DNA of 64,000 nucleotides from a virus (Duplodnaviria; Caudoviricetes): IMG/VR virus record IMGVR_UViG_3300042375_000420, positions 381 to 64,380 of that record; one strand, 5' to 3'. Shown piece by piece: positions 1 to 8,864 of this stretch (position 1 is its first letter; each line of letters starts with the position of its first letter). The notes under the pieces were generated by a model. It saw only the letters and a program-made list of their open reading frames with translations, ran no database searches and was not told where the DNA came from. The position numbers and the translations under genes were made by a program.

Positions 1-224
1 CTGACAACCCTGATGTGAGAAAAGAAGATGTTATTGGAGCAACTAAGATGTATTTCAGAACTTTGAGTAGTGCTGAATACATTACCTCATCTCATTACTT
101 TATAAGTAAAGGTGTAGGTAGAGACAGAACTTCAGCACTTGAAGGTTGGGTAGAAAAGTATAGAGAAGCTCTTGCTGATACAGCCACCAATGATAGTGTT
201 GACATAACTTCAAGAATGCAATAA
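1..224 (+). CDS. 5'-truncated ORF immediately upstream of DnaB (possible replication initiator/helicase loader C-terminus)
   Basis: Frame is open from the window edge (ORF track starts at GTG 15); the stop overlaps the DnaB ATG (TAATG). Function inferred from position only. Confidence 0.4.
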   Translation, partial: DNPDVRKEDVIGATKMYFRTLSSAEYITSSHYFISKGVGRDRTSALEGWVEKYREALADTATNDSVDITSRMQ

Positions 225-1486
225 TGAATTTTAGAGCAGCATTTGAAGCAGGTCAGAAAGGTAGTAATAAAGGCCTTCCTATGGGGGAAGGTTTGAAGAC
301 TATCTCACAGGCAATTAATGGAATTCAAAGAGGAAGAATCTACACTGTTGGAGCTGCCCCAAAGGGAGGGAAGTCAACTTTTGTAGATGTAGGCTTTTGT
401 ATAGAGCCTGCTGTCTATGTATTGAACCATAATGCCAAAATTAATGCTTCTATTGAAGCAATTGCCACTAGACTAGCAACTACAACTGATCCTGATACTA
501 GGACTACTCTTAATTCCCAATATGAGAACTACAAGAGTCAGTTATTAGATGTTGAGTTTATCTACAACTCCTTTGAGATTGACAGAATAAGTAAAGAGTT
601 TGATTTTGTTGCTCATTTTCTGAACTCAGATTATGGTATCTATTTGATAACTTTACCTTCTGGTAAGTTGTATAAAGGAAAAAATGTTGTATCTTTATCT
701 TCTGCTTTCCTTAAGGGAGAGTTAGAATATGATACTGCAAATCCTGATGCTCCCAAAGAAATAATTAAAGTTTCTGATGATCTAATCTCTAAGATTAAGA
801 CTGTCTATAAAGCTAGAATTGTTCCTTTACTTGGAGAGTATAATGACAAGGGAGAGAAAGTTTCTAAAGGGTTAATTAAGTTCTTGGAAATCAAGGACAA
901 CCCAACTGGAGTCAGAAATTATCTTTTAAATTATGCCAAAGAAAATGGTGAGTTTTTGTATAGAACTACTGTCAAGGATGGGGTAACCTTTCAGAGAATG
1001 ATTGGTTATAGACCTAATAATCCTGCTAAGTATGTTATTATCATAACAGACCACTTAAGAAAGCTATTACCTGAAAGAGGGTTTAAGATGAAAGAAACTG
1101 TAGATAAATTCTCAGAGTATGCTGTAGAGTTTAGAAACACTTGTAATTTCACATTTGTTCACATTATCCACCTTAATAGAGCAGTTAGTGACATTGGAAG
1201 AAGGCAATATGATGATGATAGACTGTTTCCACAGTCTGATGATATCAAAGAGACAGGTAATTTAAGTGAGGATAGTAACTATATCTTCACTATGTTTAAC
1301 CCAAATGATGATAAGTTTAATCTTAGCAAACACTTTGGCACTCCAATTAGGAGACCTGATAAATCTCTTTTGTATCCATTTATGAGAACTGTGCATTTAG
1401 TTGAATCTAGACATTGTGTTTGTCCTCAACACTTTAGAGTCAACATGTATGGGGACATAAAGAAATTTGAACCTTTAACTATTTAA
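224..1486 (+). CDS. dnaB: Replicative DnaB-like (SF4) helicase
   Basis: Walker A GAAPKGGKST, Walker B IIITDHL, HLNR motif, SDDIKETGNLSEDSNYIF (SF4 motif H4-like); lies in a helicase-ATPase-SSB-primase array. Confidence 0.85.
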   Translation: MNFRAAFEAGQKGSNKGLPMGEGLKTISQAINGIQRGRIYTVGAAPKGGKSTFVDVGFCIEPAVYVLNHNAKINASIEAIATRLATTTDPDTRTTLNSQYENYKSQLLDVEFIYNSFEIDRISKEFDFVAHFLNSDYGIYLITLPSGKLYKGKNVVSLSSAFLKGELEYDTANPDAPKEIIKVSDDLISKIKTVYKARIVPLLGEYNDKGEKVSKGLIKFLEIKDNPTGVRNYLLNYAKENGEFLYRTTVKDGVTFQRMIGYRPNNPAKYVIIITDHLRKLLPERGFKMKETVDKFSEYAVEFRNTCNFTFVHIIHLNRAVSDIGRRQYDDDRLFPQSDDIKETGNLSEDSNYIFTMFNPNDDKFNLSKHFGTPIRRPDKSLLYPFMRTVHLVESRHCVCPQHFRVNMYGDIKKFEPLTI

Positions 1487-1495
1487 AGAAAAAGT

Positions 1496-2206
1496 ATGCC
1501 TAAAATTTTAGTGCTAGCCCCTAGTGGGTTTGGAAAGTCCACAAGTATTGGACAAATACCTGAATTAGGTATTGTAGGACTAGTTCCTGAAGAAACTTAT
1601 TTAATATCAGTTACTTCAAAACCTCTTCCTTTTAGAGGAAGTGGTGCAGCATACCCAATAACTACAATGCCTGACTTAAAAACAGGAAGAAGAGTTATTA
1701 CTGATAATGCAAAAGATATAGAAGCTATATTCTTAAACTTAGTGAATAGTCCATACAAAAACATTGTGTGGGATGATTCAAACTATGTAATGCAGAATTG
1801 GTTTATGGCTAATGCTTTGGCAAAGGGTTGGGATGCACCTAAGCAAATTGGTTACTTTATGGGTAAAATCTTTGATGCCATAGAGAAACTAGATGCTGCA
1901 GGTAAAAATGTTATCATTTTAGCTCATGGGGACAATGTTCCTGGTGCTGATGGTAGAATCTATATGAAGTACAAAGCTACGGGTAAGATGGTAGATGAGT
2001 ATTTAACTGTAGAGGGTAAAGTAGATGTTACTCTTATTGGTATTAGTAGGTATGATGCTACAGCTAAGAAAGCTGTAAAAGAATACTTGACCAATGAGAA
2101 TGAGCAGTATTCTTCAGCTAAATCTCCTATTGGTATGTTTGATCAACAATTTATTCCTAATGATTTAGGGTATGTTGTTGCAAAGATTGCTGAATATTAT
2201 GGTTAG
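1496..2206 (+). CDS. P-loop AAA-family ATPase (AAA_24/Sak4-like)
   Basis: N-terminal LAPSGFGKST, Walker B IVWDD, ILAH motif, C-terminal AKSPIGMF...IPNDL. Confidence 0.8.
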   Translation: MPKILVLAPSGFGKSTSIGQIPELGIVGLVPEETYLISVTSKPLPFRGSGAAYPITTMPDLKTGRRVITDNAKDIEAIFLNLVNSPYKNIVWDDSNYVMQNWFMANALAKGWDAPKQIGYFMGKIFDAIEKLDAAGKNVIILAHGDNVPGADGRIYMKYKATGKMVDEYLTVEGKVDVTLIGISRYDATAKKAVKEYLTNENEQYSSAKSPIGMFDQQFIPNDLGYVVAKIAEYYG

Positions 2207-2366
2207 TTGGTTAGCCCTTTTCCTTGGAGTCATATCTGGCTCTATAATTACTATTGTTGCTTTGGCTTTAGTAAGAGGAAATTGGAGTAAAAAAGACATT
2301 GTTGATATAGACCCTGAAATACAGGAAGCTGAAAGACAGTGGAAAGAACAAAGCAAAGGTTATTAA
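2199..2366 (+). CDS. Small single-pass membrane protein
   Basis: ATG at 2199 overlaps the upstream stop; hydrophobic WLALFLGVISGSIITIVALALV followed by a charged tail. Confidence 0.55.
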   Translation: MVSWLALFLGVISGSIITIVALALVRGNWSKKDIVDIDPEIQEAERQWKEQSKGY

Positions 2367-2391
2367 TTTTTAATTTTTAAATTCATACATT

Positions 2392-2781
2392 ATGTCACAA
2401 GAAGGTGCACAAGTAGAGAATGTTGCAGTTGCAACACAAGAAGTTTTGAGAATCACTATTAGTGATGTTTTAGGGTTATTAGCTGAAGGTAAAAGCAGAA
2501 AAGAAATTGCTGAACACTATGGTAGAACTCAGTCTGACATGATCAAAATGGTTTGGGGTCACCCTAAATTGAAGAACAGAAAGGCTAAGAAACAGTACAC
2601 AGGTATTGAACTTGAGGATGATACAGAAGACATCAATGATGTTGCTGAAGTAACTCCTGAAGTTGTTGCTGAGACTGAAGAAGTAGCTCAAGGTCAACCT
2701 GAAGCTGTACAAGCTTTTGCAGAAACAGTTACTGAGTCTGAAGCTGTAACTACAACTCCAGACACATCAGACTGGAACTAA
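2392..2781 (+). CDS. Putative HTH DNA-binding protein with acidic tail
   Basis: LLAEGKSRKEIAEHYGRT is HTH-like; the C-terminal half is Glu/Thr-rich and low-complexity. Confidence 0.5.
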   Translation: MSQEGAQVENVAVATQEVLRITISDVLGLLAEGKSRKEIAEHYGRTQSDMIKMVWGHPKLKNRKAKKQYTGIELEDDTEDINDVAEVTPEVVAETEEVAQGQPEAVQAFAETVTESEAVTTTPDTSDWN

Positions 2782-2812
2782 AAGATTGTTTAATTATTAA
2801 AAAAGACTAGAT

Positions 2813-3586
2813 ATGTCACAAGTTCAAGGATACGGATTCGTATCAGATTCAGATGAATCATTAAAAACTAAAGGTGGAGCCAAATTTGGTGGTAACTTTG
2901 GAGTAGCAACTTTAGCAAAATTTGCTTACAGTCCTAATGTAGCTAAAGATGGTCAAGAGCCAAGAGAAGCTATTGAGATTGAAGTGAAAGTTGGAGAGAG
3001 AAGCTACAAAGAATGGGTTAATCCTGTAAGCAGAGTTGTTGATAAAAACAATGCTGAAATTACAGATAAAGCTTCTGCTGAATATATTGCTGGCTTCAAT
3101 GCTTTGATGGTTCAACAAAATGCTACTGTTACTCATTACTTGAAATCAGTAGGTGTAACAGAAGAAAGCTTAAGAGCTGCATTTGCAACTCCTGTATTAA
3201 GCTTTGCTGATTATGCAGCTAGAGTTTGTTCTTTGTTACCTATTGGGTACAACAGCAAACCTCTTGATTTGTTCTTAGAGTTCCAATGGAATTTTGGTAA
3301 AAAGCAAGATGGTGGTCTTAATGATAAGACTTATCCAACTTTGCCTAAGAACATGAAAGGTGGTTACTTCATCACTCCTGCTCATCCTGGTGTTTGGGTA
3401 GAAGAAAGAGGAGAAGATCAATCTCTTTGTTACAAAAACTCTAATGGACAAAAGCATCCTTTTGAAAGAGATGCTAACTTCATGACAGGTAACAAAGGTA
3501 CTCAACAAGTTCTAGGTCAAACTGCTGGTGCTGCTGGTGCTATGGCTGCTCCTGCTGTTGCAGGAAACCCTGGGGGAACCTGGTAA
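2813..3586 (+). CDS. Putative single-stranded DNA-binding protein
   Basis: Lies between ATPase and primase; beta-rich core; flexible Gly/Ala tail ending in aromatic W. Confidence 0.5.
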   Translation: MSQVQGYGFVSDSDESLKTKGGAKFGGNFGVATLAKFAYSPNVAKDGQEPREAIEIEVKVGERSYKEWVNPVSRVVDKNNAEITDKASAEYIAGFNALMVQQNATVTHYLKSVGVTEESLRAAFATPVLSFADYAARVCSLLPIGYNSKPLDLFLEFQWNFGKKQDGGLNDKTYPTLPKNMKGGYFITPAHPGVWVEERGEDQSLCYKNSNGQKHPFERDANFMTGNKGTQQVLGQTAGAAGAMAAPAVAGNPGGTW

Positions 3587-3611
3587 TTAATTAAAATTTA
3601 ACCTCTTTTAT

Positions 3612-4640
3612 ATGAGCAACTATCAATATAATTCAGATAACTTAAATAGAAGAGGTTTTATTAGTAAGGAGAGCATTCTAGATTTAGTCACACAGGAGGA
3701 GGTATTTCAATTAGTGTTCAACTTTATACCCCAAGAGTTTGATTATGTAGTGTCTCCACTGAGATATGATAGGACTCCAGGTTGTTGGTTTAGTTACCAT
3801 ACAAATGGAGTTCTTTATTTTATTGATTTTGCCCACACTAGAACCCATAGTGATTGCTTTAATATAGTGCAAGATTTTTTCAAATTCCCTAATTTTTACT
3901 TGACTTTAGAATATATCCACAAAACTTTGATTCAAGGTAAAGTGGGACTGAAGCCTATTGATAATAGGGAAGAGACTAAAAAGTTAGTCAAAGAGAAAGT
4001 CAAACTCTTAATAGAAGCAAGGAACTTTGGGCCTGCAGATGTGAAGTTTTGGTCTCAATATGAGATTAGAAAAAAGCATTTGGTTGAAGATAGGGTTTTT
4101 GCTGTTCAAAAGTTATTTGCTTTGAACACTAAATCAGGGAGTCATATTATTGATTGCAAGGATATTGCATACAGTTACAATGATTTTCCTGAATCTAGGA
4201 AGAAAGTTTATTTTCCTATGAGAGAAGGCAAGAGAAGATTCTTAACAAACTGCACAAAGAATGATGTAGGTGGCATTAATTCCCTAGTGTCTTATGGTAA
4301 AGAGTTGATTATTGCTAAATCTTATAAAGATTATAGAGTGCTGAAGAATAATGGTAAAAATGTGGTTTGGTTTCAGAATGAGGGGATGATACCCAATGAC
4401 TTAATCTTAAATCTGTTGGTTAGAAATTTTGTTACTGTCATTGTATGGTTTGATAATGATCAACCTGGTATAGTAGCCTCTGAAAAAATCAAAACCCACA
4501 TTAATAGCCTCATTCCAGGCAAAGCAAAGAATCTTTGGCTTCCAGAGAGAAGCTTAGAACAGGGTATTAAAGACCCATCTGATTGTATAGCTAAGGACAA
4601 ATCCTTATTTCATCAATTCTTAAAAGACTTTACAGAATGA
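3612..4640 (+). CDS. DNA primase (TOPRIM)
   Basis: N-terminal SPLRYDRTPGC, IIAKSYKD (TOPRIM strand), WFDNDQPG (DxD), KDPSD. Confidence 0.85.
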   Translation: MSNYQYNSDNLNRRGFISKESILDLVTQEEVFQLVFNFIPQEFDYVVSPLRYDRTPGCWFSYHTNGVLYFIDFAHTRTHSDCFNIVQDFFKFPNFYLTLEYIHKTLIQGKVGLKPIDNREETKKLVKEKVKLLIEARNFGPADVKFWSQYEIRKKHLVEDRVFAVQKLFALNTKSGSHIIDCKDIAYSYNDFPESRKKVYFPMREGKRRFLTNCTKNDVGGINSLVSYGKELIIAKSYKDYRVLKNNGKNVVWFQNEGMIPNDLILNLLVRNFVTVIVWFDNDQPGIVASEKIKTHINSLIPGKAKNLWLPERSLEQGIKDPSDCIAKDKSLFHQFLKDFTE

Positions 4641-5170
4641 ATTTCAATTCTATTCATTACTCTTGGGGACCACTCCTGAGTGAATTTAATACAGATGCTT
4701 TCCTTTACTTCAAGAATGAAGTGTTACCCAAAGAAAAATATTACCCTGAAGCTCAAGAAGTCTTCAGGGTTTTTTCTATGCCTATGTCAGAAATTAAGGT
4801 TGTAGTAATAGCTAGAGAAGAAGCTTCTCCTATACTACAAGAAGGCCTTTTCTTCTTAAGAATGTCCCTAACTTATGGGGCAGACACAGACCATAGTGAA
4901 TATTGGGAGCCATTCATTAAAAAGGTTATCTATTTTATTGCTAGGAGTAATCCTTGCATTTGGCTTTTGCCAACAACCAAATCACAGGGGTATACAGCTA
5001 ATCTACCTGCTAAGACCATATTTAATGTGATGAGATATGATGATGAAACAATTCATCAAATTCCAATTAATGTAGATTACAATTATGTGTTCAAAGGGAC
5101 TTTTATTAACCTTAAACATATAAACATCCTCTTAAAGAAGAGAGGAAAAACTGAATTAATTAATTTTTAA
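4637..5170 (+). CDS. Uracil-DNA glycosylase family-1-like protein, degenerate active site
   Basis: SW...YYPEAQEVFRVFSMPMSEIKVVVI, QEGLFFLRMSLT, H...WEPFIKKVI, CIWLL match the Ung scaffold. GQDPYH is replaced by AREEAS and there is no HPSP. Confidence 0.65.
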   Translation: MNFNSIHYSWGPLLSEFNTDAFLYFKNEVLPKEKYYPEAQEVFRVFSMPMSEIKVVVIAREEASPILQEGLFFLRMSLTYGADTDHSEYWEPFIKKVIYFIARSNPCIWLLPTTKSQGYTANLPAKTIFNVMRYDDETIHQIPINVDYNYVFKGTFINLKHINILLKKRGKTELINF

Positions 5171-5181
5171 AAGTTAACATC

Positions 5182-5868
5182 ATGAGTGAAGTACAAGCTC
5201 CAGTTATTACTGAAAGAGAAATAACTATTTATGCTACCAGAGGTGGCCAAATGAAGAAAATCATGACTTCTGCAACTACTTGGGGAGAATTACAACCCCT
5301 TGTAAGAAGTGAAGGATTTGATTTGTCTTCTTTATTAGCAGCTGAAAACATTAACAAGTCTGACTTGGTAAATGATTTAGCTGTATTACCAGCAACTGCT
5401 TTCAGATTGTTTTTGAGACCAAAGCAAACTAAGTCAGGTGCTTTGGACAGAAAAGAATGTTTTGCAGCTATCAAAGCTCACTTAGCTACTAATCCTGGAG
5501 ATAAGTCTAAGTTTACCATTGATGGTAAAAATGTAACTCAGTTATCAACTTCTGTAGTACAGGATTTGGTAGCTAAGTACATTAATGCTTCTGCTCCAGC
5601 TACAAGAGTTGTGAATGAAGTTGTAGCTGAAAAAGTTTCTGAAAAGAAAGTTGTAGCTACTCTTGAGCCTATTGACAATTCTGATTTATCAGATGTTGAG
5701 AAAGTGCAAGAAGCTATTGAGTTAATTTCTTCTTTAGAAGGGTATGACTCTTATTACAAAGCTAACAAGCATTTGAATAACCTTCTTGCTGAAGTATCTC
5801 CTCAAACTGAAAAGATTGAGTCTGAAGAAGATGCTGTCAGAAGAGAAGCCAGAGAAATGGGTTACTAG
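5182..5868 (+). CDS. Ubiquitin-like (beta-grasp) protein precursor with C-terminal extension
   Basis: Residues ~11-86 show a beta-beta-alpha-beta pattern (EITIYAT / KKIMTSATTWGELQPLV / FRLFLRP) ending in KSG (Gly86); first gene of an E2-JAB-E1 cluster. Confidence 0.65.
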   Translation: MSEVQAPVITEREITIYATRGGQMKKIMTSATTWGELQPLVRSEGFDLSSLLAAENINKSDLVNDLAVLPATAFRLFLRPKQTKSGALDRKECFAAIKAHLATNPGDKSKFTIDGKNVTQLSTSVVQDLVAKYINASAPATRVVNEVVAEKVSEKKVVATLEPIDNSDLSDVEKVQEAIELISSLEGYDSYYKANKHLNNLLAEVSPQTEKIESEEDAVRREAREMGY

Positions 5869-5877
5869 TATTAATTT

Positions 5878-5913
5878 AAGGGCTTATGTAATGTAAGCCC
5901 TTTAATTTTTTTT
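5878..5913 (+). terminator. Rho-independent terminator/attenuator after the Ubl gene
   Basis: AAGGGCTTA-tgtaatg-TAAGCCCTT stem-loop followed closely by a T-run. Confidence 0.7.
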
Positions 5914-5916
5914 ATT

Positions 5917-7125
5917 ATGTCAAGAAGTATAAAAGATAATTGTATCCCAGGAGAATATGTTAAAAACATTCTAAACAATGCAACTTTGTTAGGTACTCAT
6001 AAAGATAAAATATTCTTAGAGAGGTTATTTGACAAACAGATTATTCAGATTAGAGGTGCAGGTGACCTTACTTCAATTGAAAAATCTTTATTTAAGTCTC
6101 AGTTCTTTAGAATATTAGACTTGTTTGAAGAGAAGTACAAAGGTCAAGCTGATTTAGGTTTTCATTATGACCAACAAGCTGGGTATTTTATGCCTTACTT
6201 TAAAGTCCTTTATCCAAAGTTTACTATCACTAATAGTCAAGGAAGAAGCCATGAGATAAGAGATTTATTTGTATTTCATAGTTTTAAATGGACTAATGGT
6301 TCTATTCATCCCTACAAGTTAGAGGGTGGCAGATTCTCTAAAACTGATTTAGAAGTTTCTTCTAGTTATCAGCAGAGTCACTTAGGTAGTCACAGTGGTT
6401 GGAGAGATAATCCTTTCTATTGTAGTTATTTCTGTGTTGGTTCTGAAACTGATGTTAGCCTAATGATGGCTGAGTTTGAAGTACAAATGGATTATGATAG
6501 ATATGAATTGTTTTTGTTTTGTGTAGATAGTATGATTACTTGGGAATCCTTAGAGGGTGTCCCATTTATCAGAATGGAAGTGGTTAAGAATGCTAACTCT
6601 AATAGAGTTATGAGTAGTTCAGAAAGATTTGAGAATGCAGTAATTAATCACATTATGGTTGAAAAAATACCATTAGATGTTGATTTTTATGTGGCTGACA
6701 ATCTTTATAAGATACACCCTAATTTAAGGGCATCTGATTTTATTAAGAAGATAGTGTTAAAGTATATGACCTTTGATATAGCTAAGACAATCTTAGTTAG
6801 TAAAGTGCCAAATACTTTTGATCATTATTTACAAATGAAAGCAGAAGGAGCTGTTGCAAGAAGTCTTAATAAGGTTGCTGCAACAAAAGAGTACACTATT
6901 TTTAGAGGAAGAAAAATCTATGCTAAAATAGTTAAAGAAGATAGAAGGAATGAAATCCCTATATCAGTAGAAGATTATATTGTTTATCCTAAATTTTTAG
7001 AAAATGTCATTAGAAAACTTGAGTCAAGAATCTATGAGAAAGCAGTTGTCAAGAGTGCAACTGAAATCTACAATTCCCGTAGTAATGCCCATAGAAGTGT
7101 TGCATCAGATACAGTATCTGTGTAA
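5917..7125 (+). CDS. Prokaryotic E2-like (UBC-fold) conjugating enzyme, putative
   Basis: YQQSHL(H155)...YFCVG(C173) resembles the E2 HPH/N...IC signature; WESLEGVPF follows; flanked by Ubl and JAB genes. Confidence 0.55.
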   Translation: MSRSIKDNCIPGEYVKNILNNATLLGTHKDKIFLERLFDKQIIQIRGAGDLTSIEKSLFKSQFFRILDLFEEKYKGQADLGFHYDQQAGYFMPYFKVLYPKFTITNSQGRSHEIRDLFVFHSFKWTNGSIHPYKLEGGRFSKTDLEVSSSYQQSHLGSHSGWRDNPFYCSYFCVGSETDVSLMMAEFEVQMDYDRYELFLFCVDSMITWESLEGVPFIRMEVVKNANSNRVMSSSERFENAVINHIMVEKIPLDVDFYVADNLYKIHPNLRASDFIKKIVLKYMTFDIAKTILVSKVPNTFDHYLQMKAEGAVARSLNKVAATKEYTIFRGRKIYAKIVKEDRRNEIPISVEDYIVYPKFLENVIRKLESRIYEKAVVKSATEIYNSRSNAHRSVASDTVSV

Positions 7126-8197
7126 ACTAATCTCTAAAGTAGAGTGGTCAGGAGCTCTATTTTATACTACTGAAGGTAGTATTGAAAAACCTGAAACATT
7201 CAAAATTACTTTGAAAACAATCCTTCCATTAGATATGGGTTCTCAAGCTTATACTGAGTATAATCTTGATGAAAGATTTATGGATTTTGTTGAAGAAGAC
7301 TTTGAAGAAAGATGTGCTTGGAAGTTAGGTCACATTCATAGTCATAATAGTATGGCAGTGTTCTTTTCAGGTACAGATATGGCTGAGCTTAATGATAATG
7401 CTCCAGCACATAATTTCTACTTATCCTTAATTGTAAACAATGCTATGGATTTTCTAGCTAAAGTTGCTTTTATTGGAGAAGCTAAGAAAGATATTAAACA
7501 GGTTCCTTATACAGCTAAAAATGTACAAGGCCATGATTACATCATTGAGAAACAAGACTTTGAAGTTAACACTCAAAAGTTATTTATCTTTGATTGTGAT
7601 ATTTATAGTGACTTACAAGAACTTTCAGTTACTGAACAGTTTATAAATCAAGTTGCTAAAATCATGGAGCCTAAACCTGTGAAGACTTTTCCCAGACAAG
7701 TTACTACTAACCAAACTAAAGGTTGGAGCAGACAAGATCAAAGAGAAATTGATGCTTGGAATGAAGGGTTTAAGAAAACTCCAACTCTTTTTGATGATTG
7801 GGGTCTTCCAACTGATAAAGAGATTGAAGACTTAGCAGAATACGACTTAAAGGCACAATCTATTTACAACTTTGCAAAAGCTTTGTTTAGTTATACTACT
7901 TCTCCTTTAGATGAAGAAGAAACTGTTGAAGATGTTCTTGAAGACTTAGCAGAATATGACTTAACACCCCAAGAAGTAGCAAAGTCAGTAATCAATGATT
8001 ATGCTAAGACTTTTGCTCAACATTTTCCAAAGGCTTCTGCTGCTGATTTTGTACAATACACTCATGAAACTGTGGACTTACTAGAGGACATAAGTATGTT
8101 GTATCCTGAAATCAAACTGACTATTAGAACTATTACATCAATGATTGATAAATTTATTTCACATGAGACAAGCAAGGGACACAAGTCAGCAAAGTAG
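7004..8197 (+). CDS. JAB/MPN+ (JAMM) metalloprotease with acidic C-terminal domain
   Basis: E47 (VEWSG) plus an exact JAMM motif H112-x-H114-x7-S122-x2-D125 (HSHNSMAVFFSGTD); alternative start at 7034. Confidence 0.9.
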   Translation: MSLENLSQESMRKQLSRVQLKSTIPVVMPIEVLHQIQYLCKLISKVEWSGALFYTTEGSIEKPETFKITLKTILPLDMGSQAYTEYNLDERFMDFVEEDFEERCAWKLGHIHSHNSMAVFFSGTDMAELNDNAPAHNFYLSLIVNNAMDFLAKVAFIGEAKKDIKQVPYTAKNVQGHDYIIEKQDFEVNTQKLFIFDCDIYSDLQELSVTEQFINQVAKIMEPKPVKTFPRQVTTNQTKGWSRQDQREIDAWNEGFKKTPTLFDDWGLPTDKEIEDLAEYDLKAQSIYNFAKALFSYTTSPLDEEETVEDVLEDLAEYDLTPQEVAKSVINDYAKTFAQHFPKASAADFVQYTHETVDLLEDISMLYPEIKLTIRTITSMIDKFISHETSKGHKSAK

Positions 8198-8864
8198 GTT
8201 TAAAGATGCACCATGGTTTCCTAAGAACAATGAAATTTGTTTAGTAGGTGGAGCTGGTGGTATAGGCTCTTGGTTATGTTTTTTCTTAACTAAGATAGGT
8301 TTTAAAGTCAATATCTATGATTTTGACACTGTTGAAGACCACAATTTAGGTGGTCAATTATTTCAACAAGCTGATATTGGTAGTGCTAAAGTAGTGGCAA
8401 TTCAAAGAATAGTACAGAATTTCTGTGGGAACAGACTTTCTACTTTCAATGAAAGGATTACTAGTACTACTCCTCATCATTACTATAGTTTTTCTGCTTT
8501 TGACAATATGGAAGCTAGAAGAACTTTGTTTATGAATTGGAAACAATCTTGGGGAAGTTGCCCTGATGGAGTTACAGCCATATTCATAGATGGTAGATTA
8601 GAGATTGAGCAATTACAGATATTCTGTGTTACTCCTGAGAATGCTGATAGATATGAAAGAGAACACCTTTTCCATGACAGTGCTGTAGAAGAAGCTCCAT
8701 GTACAATGAAGCAAACTTCTCATACTGCTGCTATGATAGGTTCTCTTATGTCAGCTTTCTTTACCAATCATATTACCAATGTTTATTTGGGTGAGACTCT
8801 CAGAGAAGTCCCATTCTATTATGAGTTTGTAGTTCCTATGAACTTCACACAATCAGAGTTATGA
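8145..8864 (+). CDS. ThiF/MoeB/E1-family activating enzyme
   Basis: GGAGGIGS, YDFDTVEDHNL, GSAKV, AFDNMEAR, FIDGR; candidate catalytic Cys186 (EEAPCTMK); likely start 8163. Confidence 0.9.
   Translation: MINLFHMRQARDTSQQSRFKDAPWFPKNNEICLVGGAGGIGSWLCFFLTKIGFKVNIYDFDTVEDHNLGGQLFQQADIGSAKVVAIQRIVQNFCGNRLSTFNERITSTTPHHYYSFSAFDNMEARRTLFMNWKQSWGSCPDGVTAIFIDGRLEIEQLQIFCVTPENADRYEREHLFHDSAVEEAPCTMKQTSHTAAMIGSLMSAFFTNHITNVYLGETLREVPFYYEFVVPMNFTQSEL

Noticed and set aside
8145-8864. ThiF as a thiamine/molybdopterin biosynthesis auxiliary gene
   Set aside because: No ThiS/ThiG/MoaD/MoaE context, no CxxC zinc pairs, and it is linked to E2-like and JAB genes
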